Below, in pieces: positions 7,955 to 20,013 of a stretch of DNA of 32,000 nt (its first letter is position 1; the number at the start of each line of letters is the position of its first letter). The stretch spans positions 360,001 through 392,000 of the forward strand of contig NC_007614.1 of assembly GCF_000196355.1 (NCBI RefSeq), written 5' to 3'. The stretch is from Nitrosospira multiformis ATCC 25196 (GTDB lineage Bacteria; Pseudomonadota; Gammaproteobacteria; Burkholderiales; Nitrosomonadaceae). The notes under the pieces were generated by a model. The model did no database searches. It saw only the letters and a list, made by a program, of their open reading frames with translations, and had not been told where the DNA came from. The translations under genes and the position numbers were made by a program.

Positions 7955-8695
7955 CTATAGATTCACACTTCGTCCCCCATCCACGGCAATGATCTGGCCA
8001 GTGATGTAAGGCGCATCTGCAATCAGGAAAGCAACGGTCCGGGCAATGTCATCCGGCTCACCCGTGCGTTTCAGCAGCGTCCTGTCAATGATGTGCTGGC
8101 GCGATGCCTCATCCGCCCATTCCCCCGCTTCCGGCCACAGGATGGGACCGGGTGAGATGCCATTTACCCGGACTTCCGGCGCAAGCTCCTGCGCCAGCGA
8201 TCGGGTCAGTGAGGCTAGTCCGCCCTTGGCGGCGTTGTATACCACGTAATTCTTGAGCGGCCATTCCGAATGAATGTCAACGATATTGACGATGCAGCCG
8301 TGCTGTTTTCTTAATTGGGAGGCCGCTGCCTGGGATAGAAACAGGGGGGCTTTCAGGTTGCTTCCCATCAGATCGTCCCACATATCAGCAGTGATTTCGC
8401 CGAATGGAGTTGGAAAAAAGCTGGAGGCATTGTTGACCAGCGCATCCAGCTTCCCGAATCGCTCTACGGTTTCAGCTACCAGTTGCGGCAGGCGCGCAAT
8501 ATCCAGCAGATCGGCTTGTACCAGAGCAACTGAACCGGATCGCGTCCGGTTCAGTTCGGCCTGCAATGTCTGCGCCTCCTCGATAGAGCTTCTGTAATGC
8601 ACGGCCAGATTTGCTCCCTGTGAGTGCAGGCGGCGGCAGGTGGCGGCGCCTACGCGCCTTGCTCCCCCTGTGACGAGTATCACTTTCCCTTGCAT
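7955..8695 (-). CDS. Short-chain dehydrogenase/reductase, pteridine reductase-like (FolM/PTR1-like)
   Basis: Rossmann motif VTGGARRVG. NNAS motif. Catalytic YNAAK. N-terminal pattern ...LAVHYRSS...A..L..ELN resembles pteridine reductases. GAGGAG lies 7 nt upstream of the ATG. Confidence 0.8.
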   Translation of the reverse strand: MQGKVILVTGGARRVGAATCRRLHSQGANLAVHYRSSIEEAQTLQAELNRTRSGSVALVQADLLDIARLPQLVAETVERFGKLDALVNNASSFFPTPFGEITADMWDDLMGSNLKAPLFLSQAAASQLRKQHGCIVNIVDIHSEWPLKNYVVYNAAKGGLASLTRSLAQELAPEVRVNGISPGPILWPEAGEWADEASRQHIIDRTLLKRTGEPDDIARTVAFLIADAPYITGQIIAVDGGRSVNL

Positions 8696-8848
8696 CGCTA
8701 TCTCCTCTACACTTGCGGATTGATTCGATTTTTTATAACGGGAAACCGGCCGCCAGGAGCAGGTACGAGAGTGTCTGCCTCAAAAGAGGGACTTAGATAC
8801 CGCTGCTATCTGCTGGCCGAATCAACAGTAAAGCGTAGCATAGCGCCA

Positions 8849-10045
8849 ATGCAGCCACAGCCGCCATTTCCTTTACCGGGCGAAGCAGCGCTCGAGCATA
8901 GCCGCGTACTGACAAAACTCATTCATGAGAAAATCAGTGCAGCTGGCGGCTGGATTTCATTCGAGCATTACATGAGGCTGGCGTTGTACGCGCCGGGCAT
9001 GGGTTATTACAGCGGTGGTCCCGCCAAATTCGGCCAGGAAGGCGATTTCGTCACTGCCCCCGAAATTTCTCCGCTGTTTGGCAGGACTGTGGCGCGGCAG
9101 GCCAGGCAGATACTCGAGTTGGCGGATGAAGGCAGCTGTATTCTCGAATTTGGTGCCGGAACAGGTAAGCTGGCGCTCGATCTATTGGTTGAACTGGAAA
9201 AACTCGACTGTCTGCCCCAGCAGTATTTCATTCTCGAAGTCAGCGCGGAACTCCGGCAGCGTCAACGGCAGTTGCTTGAACAGTTCGCGCCGCATCTCGC
9301 TTCACGCGTTTTTTGGTTGAAGCATTTGCCGGAGCAGTTCAACGGTCTGATATTGGCCAATGAGGTGCTCGACGCCATGCCGGTTCACCTGATCGCGTGG
9401 CGTGGCACCACGGTGTACGAACGCGGTGTCTCCTCAGCCGGCCATGAGTTTATCTGGAGTGAGCGCCTTCTTGCAGAAGGAGTACTTTTCGAAGCGGCGC
9501 AGGAACTGGCGGATCGAATTCGTTTGGGGCGTAATGAAGGTGAATACGTCAGTGAAATCTGCCTGCAGGCACGCGGTTTCATTGCGAGTCTCGGCAAGAT
9601 GCTGCAACGAGGAGCGATCCTGCTGATCGATTACGGTTTCGGCCGGGATGAGTATTATCACCCTCAGCGCAGGCAGGGGACATTGATGTGTCATTACCGT
9701 CACCACACCCATGACAATCCGTTTTATCTCCCGGGTCTGCAGGATATAACCAGCCACGTCGATTTCAGCTCCGCTGCCAGTTCGGGGCTCGAAGCGGGCC
9801 TGCAGTTGCTGGGCTATACGACGCAAGCACACTTTCTCATCAATTGCGGAATAACCGAAATTCTGGCGGAGACACCTGCCGCGAACGCAAAGGATTATTT
9901 GCCACTGGCAAACCAGGTACAGAAACTGGTGAGCCCGGCTGAGATGGGGGAGTTGTTCAAAGTTATGATCCTGGGCAAAGGGATTGGCAATAATCATCCA
10001 CCTCCCGTCGGCTTTACGGGCGGCGACAAGAGTCGCCTGCTATAG
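8849..10045 (+). CDS. SAM-dependent methyltransferase, MidA/NDUFAF7 family (DUF185)
   Basis: Family-typical sequence: FEHYMRLALYAPGMGYYSGG...FGQEGDFVTAPEISPLFG...EFGAGTGKLA...ANEVLDAMPVH. The start is moved from the track GTG at 8624 to the ATG at 8849. The extension overlaps the divergent SDR start and has no homology-like content. Confidence 0.85.
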   Translation: MQPQPPFPLPGEAALEHSRVLTKLIHEKISAAGGWISFEHYMRLALYAPGMGYYSGGPAKFGQEGDFVTAPEISPLFGRTVARQARQILELADEGSCILEFGAGTGKLALDLLVELEKLDCLPQQYFILEVSAELRQRQRQLLEQFAPHLASRVFWLKHLPEQFNGLILANEVLDAMPVHLIAWRGTTVYERGVSSAGHEFIWSERLLAEGVLFEAAQELADRIRLGRNEGEYVSEICLQARGFIASLGKMLQRGAILLIDYGFGRDEYYHPQRRQGTLMCHYRHHTHDNPFYLPGLQDITSHVDFSSAASSGLEAGLQLLGYTTQAHFLINCGITEILAETPAANAKDYLPLANQVQKLVSPAEMGELFKVMILGKGIGNNHPPPVGFTGGDKSRLL

Positions 10046-10169
10046 AAGGTTCGAACATAGTGGACCCGCTTCACATCGCTCCCGGCTTTTCTTTTCATAT
10101 GACATGCTATGATTGGATGAGTCCGATAAAGGTATTGCATGCTTTGAAACCGAGGGGGAGGGTTGATCC

Positions 10170-10613
10170 ATGACGACCGTAAAGGAATTGCTGGAAGGCA
10201 AAGGGTACGAAGTCGCGAGCATCGAGCCGGATAAATCGGTCTATGAGGCCATGCACCTGATGGCGGCGAAAAATATCGGTGCGTTGCTGGTGCTGCACCG
10301 GGGAAAACTGGTGGGTATTTTTACCGAGAGAGATTATTCCCGCAAGGCATATAGCCTGGATCGGCTCGCGAAAGATATCCAGGTGAAAGAACTCATGACC
10401 GCGCAGGTGGCGTATGTGAGCCCGGATTATTCCACCGAGGATTGCATGGCATTGGTGACTAAGACGCGGGCGCGCCACTTGCCCGTGCTGGCGAATGGTA
10501 AAGTCATGGGCATCATCTCCATCGGCGACCTGGTCAAGGATGCGATCTCGGGCCGCGAATTTATAATCGACCAGCTCGAGCGCTATATATACGGGACACG
10601 CAGCCCGGAATAA
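10170..10613 (+). CDS. CBS domain-pair protein
   Basis: Two CBS repeats (...IGALLVLHRGKLVGIFTERD... and ...ARHLPVLANGKVMGIISIGDL...). A GAGGGGGAGGG Shine-Dalgarno-like run lies just upstream of the ATG. Confidence 0.85.
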   Translation: MTTVKELLEGKGYEVASIEPDKSVYEAMHLMAAKNIGALLVLHRGKLVGIFTERDYSRKAYSLDRLAKDIQVKELMTAQVAYVSPDYSTEDCMALVTKTRARHLPVLANGKVMGIISIGDLVKDAISGREFIIDQLERYIYGTRSPE

Positions 10614-10875
10614 GCCTATTGTACTACCCCTTGATATTATCTCCCTGTATTCCGCGATCAGGTCCGGGAGGCTCTGCCTCGATGAAACACTGCTCCCTAT
10701 CCGGTCGGCAGGTACGATTTGGAGAGTATGCGTCCTGCTCTCCTGACGATTTTGCCGGGTCTGCGCCTCTGCCGTAAGGGTGGGCGTGTGAATATTGGCA
10801 CGCATCTTCTTTTCATTCTCCCCGGTAAAATTTTTTTGAATTTGAACGGCTCTGACAAAAGCAGGTCTACTGTCC

Positions 10876-12258
10876 ATGAAGCCGGATGACCTTCCTTCCG
10901 ATGTTTCTTCGGATCCATTACTGCGATTGCGCCGCCAAATAAGCGACGAGGCCAGCCAGTGCGTTGCGTGCGGCCTTTGCGTGCCGCATTGTCCCAGTTA
11001 TCGGGTTACCCTGTCGGAAGCTGATTCCCCGCGTGGTCGCATTGCGTTGATGAGTGGCGTAGCCGCGGGACGCATTCCAATGAACGCACGTTTCGCATTG
11101 CACATGGATCGCTGCCTTACCTGCCGTGCCTGCGAAGCCGTCTGCCCCAACCACGTACGTTTTGGCGAGTTGATAGACGACGCCCGGGAGATGATTTCGT
11201 CACCGCCGCTCGAGTTCGGGGGGAACAATCCGGGAGCCCGGGTATCCAGCTTTCGGAAATGGGTGGAGCGTGAGCTGATCGCCAGGCCCTCGCGTATCGA
11301 TGCATTGCGGCCGCTTCTGCGTTTTTACCAGCGAAGCGGTTTGCAGAAATGGGTACGAAAATCCGGTTTGCTGGGCAAGACGAAACTCGCCTTGCTGGAA
11401 GCCCAGATTCCATTTATTGACCAGCCCCGTTCTTCGTCATGGTCGGTTGTTTATCCTGCTGTGGGCAAGCCGCGCGGAGAGGTGGGGCTGTTCCTGGGTT
11501 GCGTCGCGCGCGTGGCGGATGCAACCACCCTGGACGCGGCCTTGTTCGTACTCAACCAACTGGGCTATGTCGTGCATGTGCCCACGGGGCAGACTTGCTG
11601 CGGAGCGCTTCACCAGCACAGGGGCGATATGGACGCGGCAGCGCAACTGGAACGTCAGAACGTGGAGGCGTTCGCTGGATTGGACTTGGGCGCGATCATC
11701 ACCACGGCATCCGGATGCGGTGCGCAGTTATCCGAATATTCCTCTTTTTCCGGCTCGCAGCGCACGACAAGGGCGCCCGCGGTAAGCTCACAAGCCGGAG
11801 GTGAGACAACCAGGCGATCGCCGCCGAAGGTCTTGGATATCAGTGAATTCCTGGCGGAGGCGGAAGGATGGGAAGATGCCAGATTCCAGCCCCTGCCACA
11901 CAAAATCCTGGTACATGAGCCTTGCACCTTGCGCAATGTATTACGCGCGTCGACATACGCCTATAAGCTGCTGGAGCGCATCCCGCAAGCGCAAGTAGTA
12001 CCTCTTGCCGGGAATGATCAATGCTGCGGCGCTGCCGGAACCTATTTCCTGGATCAACCGGAGATATCGGCGGCGCTGCTTGAGGATAAAGTGACAGCTT
12101 TGAAAGCAGGGCAGGCGTGTTACCTTGCAACCTCCAACGTGGGCTGCGCGCTGCATATCGCTGCCGGCTTGCGCCGGCCAGGGCTGGGGATCGAAGTCAT
12201 TCACCCGGTAACATTAATAGCAAGGCAAATGGGTATGCAATCCCAATCCCTGAAATAG
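10876..12258 (+). CDS. (Fe-S)-binding oxidoreductase subunit, GlcF-like (2x 4Fe-4S ferredoxin motifs + 2x CCG domains)
   Basis: Cluster motifs CVACGLCVPHCP and CLTCRACEAVCP. DSPRGRI motif. CCG motifs GQTCCGALHQ and NDQCCGAAGTYF. No glcD/glcE-like genes are adjacent. Confidence 0.8.
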   Translation: MKPDDLPSDVSSDPLLRLRRQISDEASQCVACGLCVPHCPSYRVTLSEADSPRGRIALMSGVAAGRIPMNARFALHMDRCLTCRACEAVCPNHVRFGELIDDAREMISSPPLEFGGNNPGARVSSFRKWVERELIARPSRIDALRPLLRFYQRSGLQKWVRKSGLLGKTKLALLEAQIPFIDQPRSSSWSVVYPAVGKPRGEVGLFLGCVARVADATTLDAALFVLNQLGYVVHVPTGQTCCGALHQHRGDMDAAAQLERQNVEAFAGLDLGAIITTASGCGAQLSEYSSFSGSQRTTRAPAVSSQAGGETTRRSPPKVLDISEFLAEAEGWEDARFQPLPHKILVHEPCTLRNVLRASTYAYKLLERIPQAQVVPLAGNDQCCGAAGTYFLDQPEISAALLEDKVTALKAGQACYLATSNVGCALHIAAGLRRPGLGIEVIHPVTLIARQMGMQSQSLK

Positions 12259-12406
12259 CTTTATCGTGCGACTCAGCAAAGCAGGGGCGCAGACACGTTC
12301 AGAGTTTGATTTTCCCTATCCCCTGTAAAAGTCCTGGAAGTGCCTGGCTCTGCCACCGCTGACCACCTGAGGCCTCACTTCTTCAAGACTCATCATCCGG
12401 AATTCC

Positions 12407-13327
12407 TTATTGCATCACGGCCGACCATTCCTGTAACTGGTCAACCGTAGTGCTGACACCGCCACACACGATAATCAATACTTTTTTGTATCCGGACAAA
12501 GCTGGAACCCTTTCATAGACCGCCGCCAGCGCTACGCCGCAAGCGGGCTCAACCACCGCATCATGATCGCGCAGGAATTGCATGCACGCAGAAACGGCGA
12601 GCTTGTCCGGTAATACGACGCTCCCAATGCGATGTTTTCTCGAATATTCGAGGGCCTGCCTGCAAACCGCACTTGCCCCTAATGTCGTCGCAATGCTTGA
12701 TATCCTGGGCAACTCCACCAGCGCTCCTGCATTGAGTGCCTGAGCAAATGAGTCCGCGCCTTGGGTTTCGACGGCGATTATGGGCACATCCTGCCACTCA
12801 TTCCGATTCAGTCCCTCTATAACCCCGCACAGAAGACCGCCTCCGCCGACGGACAGGACGATTACATCAGGTTTTGGCCCTGTATCGACTATTTCATCAA
12901 TTATGCTGGCATGACCCGTCCAAATGAGCGGATCATCAAAGGGATGCAGAAAAGCGTCCTCAGGTTGCACGAGCGATCGCGCAAAAGCATTCGCCTCACT
13001 GAGAGATTTTCCCTGGATGATCACTTCCGCGCCCTCTCGCGCCATCAGTTCCCTGGCGCGCTTCGACGCGGTTTCCGGCACAACGATAACCACCGGCACG
13101 GACAGATTACGTCCGGCAAAGGCAACCGCAAGGCCGGCGTTTCCGCCAGATGATGAAATGAAGCGTTTTGCCCCGCGCCGGAAATATTCTTCACACGCAT
13201 ACCCGATTCCCCGGGCTTTAAAAGAGCCGGAGGGCTGGGCGATTTCCATTTTCAGCCAGACTGAATGTCCGGTTCTGTCGCTTAAAGGGCGCGATTCAAT
13301 TAATGGTGTCTGGATATGTAGAGGCAT
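12407..13327 (-). CDS. PLP-dependent L-serine/L-threonine dehydratase (fold type II, SDS-like)
   Basis: PLP-lysine context QPSGSFKARG. SSGGNAG motif. Glycine loop SVGGGGL. The 306-aa length fits the catabolic/SDS-like group, with no ACT regulatory domain. Confidence 0.82.
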   Translation of the reverse strand: MPLHIQTPLIESRPLSDRTGHSVWLKMEIAQPSGSFKARGIGYACEEYFRRGAKRFISSSGGNAGLAVAFAGRNLSVPVVIVVPETASKRARELMAREGAEVIIQGKSLSEANAFARSLVQPEDAFLHPFDDPLIWTGHASIIDEIVDTGPKPDVIVLSVGGGGLLCGVIEGLNRNEWQDVPIIAVETQGADSFAQALNAGALVELPRISSIATTLGASAVCRQALEYSRKHRIGSVVLPDKLAVSACMQFLRDHDAVVEPACGVALAAVYERVPALSGYKKVLIIVCGGVSTTVDQLQEWSAVMQ

Positions 13328-13492
13328 TTATACGATCTCGATCGAGCTGAGCCATGAGAATACATCATAAACGGTCTTTCAAACCAAAGCTGAAGACTTT
13401 GTTGATTGGAGAATTGGCGGTAATGAACATGAAAAAGCATTGATAGGGGGAACGGGAGGTTGAGAATATCGGAAGTCAGTCACCCTGTCACG

Positions 13493-13520
13493 TTAGCAAC
13501 AGGGCGAATGGGTATACAAT
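13493..13520 (+). promoter_or_regulatory. Candidate sigma70 promoter for coq7
   Basis: TTAGCA (13493-13498), a 16-nt spacer, then TACAAT (13515-13520), about 60 nt upstream of the coq7 ATG. A 6-bp inverted repeat CCCTGT...ACAGGG overlaps the -35. Pattern match only. Confidence 0.3.
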
Positions 13521-13580
13521 TGCGGAATGGCGGGGTTATCATTCTTACCGTTTTCATTGTTTTCTTTCTCAGAGAATCCT

Positions 13581-14207
13581 ATGCCCAATCTAGACAAGCT
13601 CATCATTGGTTTCGACCACGCGCTGCGCACCTTGTTGACTCCGGCGCAGACACTGCGGCCAGTACCCGGAACCCAGTTGCCGGAGGCGGAGCTGAATGAT
13701 CTGGAGAAAAGCGAGTCGGCGGCACTGATGCGTGTCAACCACGTAGGTGAGATCTGTGCGCAGGCTCTTTATCAGGGCCAAGCGCTGACGGCGCGGAATG
13801 CCGAGGTCCAGCAGACACTTGCTCAGGCGGCGCGCGAGGAAACCGAGCATCTTGCCTGGACGGAACGCCGCATTAACGAATTAAGCGGGCGCAAGAGTCT
13901 ATTGAATCCGTTATGGTATGGCGGTTCATTTGCCATTGGCGCTTTCGCCGGATTGCTGGGTGACAAGTGGAACCTGGGGTTTCTTGCGGAAACCGAACGG
14001 CAGGTGTCTGCTCATCTCGGGGGACACCTGAGCCGTTTGCCGCACGCAGACGAGAAGAGCCGCGCCATTGTGACCCAGATGCAGATCGATGAGGCCGGAC
14101 ACGCCACCACCGCCGTGGCATACGGCGGCGCCGAACTGCCGATGCCGGTGAAACTGGTGATGAGAATGGCGTCATCGGTGATGACCCGGACGGCCTACTG
14201 GGTCTAA
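13581..14207 (+). CDS. coq7: Demethoxyubiquinone hydroxylase Coq7 (di-iron carboxylate)
   Basis: Close match to bacterial Coq7 sequence: [22 protein letters not shown]...EETEHLAW...LNPLWYG...[12 protein letters not shown]...QMQIDEAGH. The start is set to the ATG at 13581 (MPNLDKLI...), giving a typical 208-aa length. The track start at 13527 adds a non-homologous extension. Confidence 0.9.
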   Translation: MPNLDKLIIGFDHALRTLLTPAQTLRPVPGTQLPEAELNDLEKSESAALMRVNHVGEICAQALYQGQALTARNAEVQQTLAQAAREETEHLAWTERRINELSGRKSLLNPLWYGGSFAIGAFAGLLGDKWNLGFLAETERQVSAHLGGHLSRLPHADEKSRAIVTQMQIDEAGHATTAVAYGGAELPMPVKLVMRMASSVMTRTAYWV

Positions 14208-14251
14208 CGAATATAGCAGGCCTAAAACCCATACTGAGGGGTGAATGCTTG

Positions 14252-14668
14252 TCACGCTTCCACGATTTCAAAATCGTGGGTCAATTCTGCTGTTTTTGCC
14301 AGCATGATCGATGCGGAACAGTATTTCTCAGCGGACAAGCTGATTGCGCGTTCTACCTGGTGCGGATTCAGCTTTTTTCCAGTCAGGATGAAATGGAAGT
14401 GAATGCGGGTAAACACTTTCGGCTCTCGTTCGGCCCGTTCCGCTTCAATGCGCACCTCACAATCGCAGATCTCCTGACGGCCTTTTTTCAGGATCAGCAC
14501 AACATCAAAAGCTGCGCAGCCTCCGGTTCCCATCAACAGCATCTCCATCGGGCGGGGTCCGCGGTTCCTGCCTCCTGATTCCGGCGGTCCATCCATCAGT
14601 ACTGTATGGCCGCTGCCTGATTCACCCAGGAAACTTGCTTCTTCCTGCCATTTGACGCTTGCTTTCAT
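14252..14668 (-). CDS. OsmC/Ohr-family protein (putative peroxiredoxin/redox protein)
   Basis: The 138-aa size and the pattern G.GP.P.E.LL...G.C....V..IL.K......D..V...ER...PKVFT.I...F...G, with two conserved Cys contexts (GGCAAFD, KYCSAS). GGAGAGGAG lies upstream of the ATG. Confidence 0.82.
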   Translation of the reverse strand: MKASVKWQEEASFLGESGSGHTVLMDGPPESGGRNRGPRPMEMLLMGTGGCAAFDVVLILKKGRQEICDCEVRIEAERAEREPKVFTRIHFHFILTGKKLNPHQVERAISLSAEKYCSASIMLAKTAELTHDFEIVEA

Positions 14669-14737
14669 GCCGCTCCTCTCCAGAGAATTCGATTACGCTA
14701 TTCTAGCGACTTCCAGCCATGCCGAGTGTAATGCCCC

Positions 14738-15493
14738 TCAATCCGGCTCAGGCATCAGGCGGTACCACAATATGCCAATGACCTCGTGGAAGAACAGGCT
14801 GCTTTTGAGAAGCGCCCCGGCGTTTGGAATGAATGTGAGCAGATCGGTCTTGTAACGCCGCGTGTATCCTGTGGCAGCAGGCGTAACCTCGAATCCCGCC
14901 TGTTCGAATTCGCGCGCCGCTCTCGGCATGTGCCATGCGTGGGTGACAAGCGCGATCTGGCGGATACCTTGTTTTTGCAGGATGGCGAAGCTTTTGTAGG
15001 CGTTTTCCCGAGTATTGCTCGATGTCTCCTCTACCCACTCGACCGGAACGAGAAACTCCTCTTCCAGCACCGCCTTCATTTGCATGGCTTCGGAGGAGTG
15101 ATTACCAAGAGGAGCGCCCCCTGCGGTCAGTATAGGCTTGCCAGTCAGGCGATATATTTTCGCCGCATAGCGGACACGTTCCAGTGTGTATCTGCCAACC
15201 GTATGATCGCCATACTCCGGCGCGTAATAGTAAGTTCCTCCGCCCAGCACGATGATGGCTTGTATCGTGTCGTCAAACGGATTCTTTTCGGAAGGGGTTT
15301 CCAGTACCTGCAACAGGGCGTCCGCGACGATCGGAGTGGAAAGAAGGTAAAGCAGAGCAAGTGCAGCAGCCACCAATGTCATACCTGTTCCCTGTCGGCG
15401 TTTCAGGAGCAGGATGCCCGCGGCGCCCAGTAAAATGAGGTTAAACGGGGGGAGAAGAAATGCGCTTGCGAAGTTGGTTGCAAACCAGCTCAT
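14738..15493 (-). CDS. YdcF/ElyC family protein (DUF218) with N-terminal TM helices
   Basis: DUF218 core: IIVLGGG...LTGKPILTAGG...SSNTRENA...ALVTHAWHMPRA. I prefer the ATG at 15493 (MSWFATNF...). The track GTG at 15541 lies inside the terminator hairpin of the upstream gene. Confidence 0.8.
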   Translation of the reverse strand: MSWFATNFASAFLLPPFNLILLGAAGILLLKRRQGTGMTLVAAALALLYLLSTPIVADALLQVLETPSEKNPFDDTIQAIIVLGGGTYYYAPEYGDHTVGRYTLERVRYAAKIYRLTGKPILTAGGAPLGNHSSEAMQMKAVLEEEFLVPVEWVEETSSNTRENAYKSFAILQKQGIRQIALVTHAWHMPRAAREFEQAGFEVTPAATGYTRRYKTDLLTFIPNAGALLKSSLFFHEVIGILWYRLMPEPD

Positions 15494-15522
15494 GTACTCA
15501 TGTACTTTTGGCAGGGGCAGCC

Positions 15523-15555
15523 AAAATAAAAAAGCCGGCACTTGCCGGCTTTTTT
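15523..15555 (-). terminator. Rho-independent terminator (bidirectional geometry) after the cytochrome c gene
   Basis: GCCGGC-ACTT-GCCGGC stem-loop (15534-15549), flanked by A6 on one side and T6 on the other. On the minus strand it reads AAAAAAGCCGGCAAGTGCCGGCTTTTTTATTTT, 14 nt after the cytochrome c stop. Confidence 0.85.
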
Positions 15556-15568
15556 AGCGGACCCGGGC

Positions 15569-15877
15569 TTATTGGGTCAAAATCCACTTTGCCAAAGTCT
15601 TGGCATCTGCCTCGTTAACCTTTGCATTGGGCGGCATGGGAACCGGACCCCAAACTCCCTGACTTCCTTTCTGGATTTTTCCTGCCAGATAGTCCGCGGC
15701 TTTCGGGTCAGCCTTATACTTGGCCGCTATGTCCTTCAACGCAGGGCCGACCAGTTTCTTGTCCACCATATGACAATTCAGGCAACCGCTGCTTTTCGCC
15801 AGTTCGGGGCTCGCCTGCGCGGTACCGACAACCAACAAAGCTGATGCCGCAACCATTCCCATCCAGACAGCTTTCAT
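15569..15877 (-). CDS. Class I c-type cytochrome, c-551/c-552 family (periplasmic)
   Basis: Signal peptide MKAVWMGMVAASALLVVGTAQA. Heme site CLNCH. VGPALKDIAAKY and GVWGPVPMPPN (Met ligand) match Pseudomonas c-551 and Nitrosomonas c-552. The start is set to the ATG at 15877, which has AGGAG 8 nt upstream. The track GTG at 15886 sits within that SD. Confidence 0.9.
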   Translation of the reverse strand: MKAVWMGMVAASALLVVGTAQASPELAKSSGCLNCHMVDKKLVGPALKDIAAKYKADPKAADYLAGKIQKGSQGVWGPVPMPPNAKVNEADAKTLAKWILTQ

Positions 15878-15898
15878 TACACACACTCCTTTTATCCG

Positions 15899-18001
<2,103 letters not shown>

Positions 18002-18024
18002 GGCTTTGTGGTGGAAAAAACGGA

Positions 18025-19698
18025 CTAGTCGGTGATTGCGCCGCGGCTGGCACTCGAGACGAGCTTCGAATATTTAGCGAGCACTCCCCGGGTGTAGCGC
18101 GGATGGGGCGGTTGCCATTCAGCCCGGCGCCGAGCCAGCTCATCTCCGGGAATGTTGAGCTGCAGCAGCCGTTGCTCGGCGTCTATGGTAATCGAATCGC
18201 CTTCTCGCACCAGCGCAATGGTCCCGCCTACGAACGCCTCCGGCGCCACGTGTCCAACCACCATTCCATAGGTGCCCCCGGAGAATCGTCCATCGGTGAT
18301 CAGGCCCACCGAATCTCCGAGTCCCTCGCCAATAAGCGCGGAAGTGGGAGACAGCATTTCCCGCATGCCGGGGCCGCCCTTGGGTCCCTCATAGCGTATC
18401 ACCACCACGTCGCCGGGCTGGATCTCCCGCGCAAGGATAGCTGCCATGCAGGCTTCTTCCGAATCGAATACGCGTGCCGGTCCGGTAATTTTTGGGGATT
18501 TCACCCCGGTGATTTTCGCCACGCACCCTTCTGGGGCGAGATTGCCCTTGAGTATGGCGAGGTGGCCCTGGACGTACAACGGGTTGTCCCACTGGCGAAT
18601 GACATCCTGATCTTCGCGAGGCTCTGACGGCACATCCTTCAATATCTCGGCAATGGTCTGTCCGCTGATGGTGATGCAGTCGCCATGCAACAGGCCGTGG
18701 TCGAGCAGCATTTTCATGACCTGGGGAATGCCCCCTGCCTTGTGCAGGTCGGTGGCAACGTACCGTCCCGAAGGTTTGAGATCGCACAGTACCGGCACTT
18801 TGCCGCGCATGCGTTCAAAATCATCGATGGTGAGTGTCACTTCGGCCGCATGGGCAATGGCGAGGAAGTGCAAAACAGCATTGGTGGAACCACCCACGGC
18901 CATGATCACCGCGATCGCGTTTTCAATGGACTTGCGGGTAATGATGTCGCGCGGGCGAATCTGTTTCCTGATGGCATCCACGAGCACTTCCGCGGAGCGC
19001 GCCGCGCTGGTTAGCTTCTCGCCATCCTCCGCGGCCATCGTGGAAGAATAGGGGAGACTCATGCCCATCGCTTCGAAAGCGGACGACATCGTATTGGCAG
19101 TGAACATGCCTCCGCAGGAGCCGGCTCCCGGACAGGCGTGGCGCTCCACTTCGAGCAGTTCTTTCGCGTCTATCTTGTGGGAGGTATATTGTCCGACGGC
19201 TTCGAATGCGCTGACAATAGTGAGATCCTTTCCTTTATAGTGGCCCGGTTTAATCGTTCCGCCATAAACAAAAATTGCGGGAACATTCATGCGCGCAATG
19301 GCGATCATTGCTCCTGGCATGTTCTTGTCACAGCCCCCGATGGCGATCACGCCATCCATGCTTTCGGCCTGCACCGCCGTTTCGATCGAGTCGGCAATGA
19401 CTTCGCGGGATACCAGTGAATACTTCATGCCCTCCGTTCCCATGGAGATGCCATCGGAAACGGTGATGGTACCGAACATCTGGGGCATCGCAGCCGCCTG
19501 TTTCAATGCCTGCTCGGCAGCCAGCGCCAGTTCGTTCAATCCCTTGTTGCAGGGTGTGATGGTGGAAAAGCCATTGGCCACGCCGACGATTGGTTTGTCG
19601 AAATCGTTGTCGCTGAAACCTACGGCCCGCAGCATCGCGCGGTTGGGGGTACGTTCCGCCCCCTGGGTGATTGCCCGGCTGCGCTGGTTATCTGACAT
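18025..19698 (-). CDS. ilvD: Dihydroxy-acid dehydratase
   Basis: Full-length match to the 557-aa IlvD class: RAMLRAVGF...[17 protein letters not shown]...[10 protein letters not shown]...[16 protein letters not shown]...[10 protein letters not shown]. Confidence 0.96.
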   Translation of the reverse strand: MSDNQRSRAITQGAERTPNRAMLRAVGFSDNDFDKPIVGVANGFSTITPCNKGLNELALAAEQALKQAAAMPQMFGTITVSDGISMGTEGMKYSLVSREVIADSIETAVQAESMDGVIAIGGCDKNMPGAMIAIARMNVPAIFVYGGTIKPGHYKGKDLTIVSAFEAVGQYTSHKIDAKELLEVERHACPGAGSCGGMFTANTMSSAFEAMGMSLPYSSTMAAEDGEKLTSAARSAEVLVDAIRKQIRPRDIITRKSIENAIAVIMAVGGSTNAVLHFLAIAHAAEVTLTIDDFERMRGKVPVLCDLKPSGRYVATDLHKAGGIPQVMKMLLDHGLLHGDCITISGQTIAEILKDVPSEPREDQDVIRQWDNPLYVQGHLAILKGNLAPEGCVAKITGVKSPKITGPARVFDSEEACMAAILAREIQPGDVVVIRYEGPKGGPGMREMLSPTSALIGEGLGDSVGLITDGRFSGGTYGMVVGHVAPEAFVGGTIALVREGDSITIDAEQRLLQLNIPGDELARRRAEWQPPHPRYTRGVLAKYSKLVSSASRGAITD

Positions 19699-20013
19699 GA
19701 GTTACTCCTTGGATTGAAAAAACGGGAATGCAGGCAAATTCTGGCGAATTCCGGTCAGGGGAAGAAGCGCCCGTGGCGGCTGCGAAGCGGTGAGGAAAGA
19801 AAAGGCAGTTCAAGGTCGCTCTTTTCCGTGTTCTCCGCAGTGGATAATCGTCGCCGTATGTATAATGAGGGGGAAAATGGGATTCCTTATTTCCATTCCT
19901 GCCCAACCTTTCGTCAGGAAGGGCTTTCGCTTTTCCTGCCGGTTTTCGCCGGTATGATGTTTTAATGCTGCGCTCGGTAAACAAGCTATTTTACCTCAAA
20001 AAAATGCAAGCCC

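Noticed and set aside
8624-8848. The ORF-track N-terminal extension of the MidA-family gene (GTG at 8624).
   Set aside because: The extension overlaps the start and SD of the divergent SDR gene. It reads as low-complexity Gly/Ala/Arg sequence. Family-like sequence begins only at the ATG at 8849.
10682-10777. A 31-aa ORF (MKHCSLSGRQVRFGEYASCSPDDFAGSAPLP) in the 262-nt CBS-glcF spacer.
   Set aside because: It is short, has no SD, and I cannot assess its conservation. It is not supportable from sequence alone.
10107-10877. A 256-aa minus-strand ORF.
   Set aside because: It is antisense to the well-supported CBS gene, its composition is Arg/His/Ile-rich with no recognisable motifs, and it is typical of a GC-driven shadow ORF.
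13527-13580. ORF-track upstream extensions of coq7 (13527), folD (27252) and aceE (28156).
   Set aside because: Homologous N-termini (MPNLDKLI..., MSAKIIDGK..., MEPIPDIDPTETQEW...) begin at internal ATGs at 13581, 27357 and 28273. The aceE extension would overlap the folD 3' end.
14786-15433. A 215-aa plus-strand ORF. The same reasoning covers 16112..16798, 16961..17494 and 17911..18627.
   Set aside because: They are antisense to the ydcF-family gene, the DUF255 gene and ilvD. No motifs are present.
15494-15541. GTG start at 15541 for the YdcF-family gene.
   Set aside because: The codon lies inside the GCCGGC/GCCGGC terminator stem of the cytochrome c gene. The ATG at 15493 gives a sensible TM-first N-terminus.
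19859-19866. TGTATAAT as an extended -10 promoter for lgt.
   Set aside because: The TATAAT is real, but the TG abuts the hexamer without the spacer base of the TGnTATAAT consensus, and no acceptable -35 is present at 16-18 nt. This is too weak to list as a feature.
19688-19984. ORFs of 83 aa (plus strand) and 98 aa (minus strand) in the ilvD-lgt intergenic region.
   Set aside because: They mutually overlap and give highly basic, low-complexity products with no SD. The region is more plausibly divergent promoter and leader sequence.
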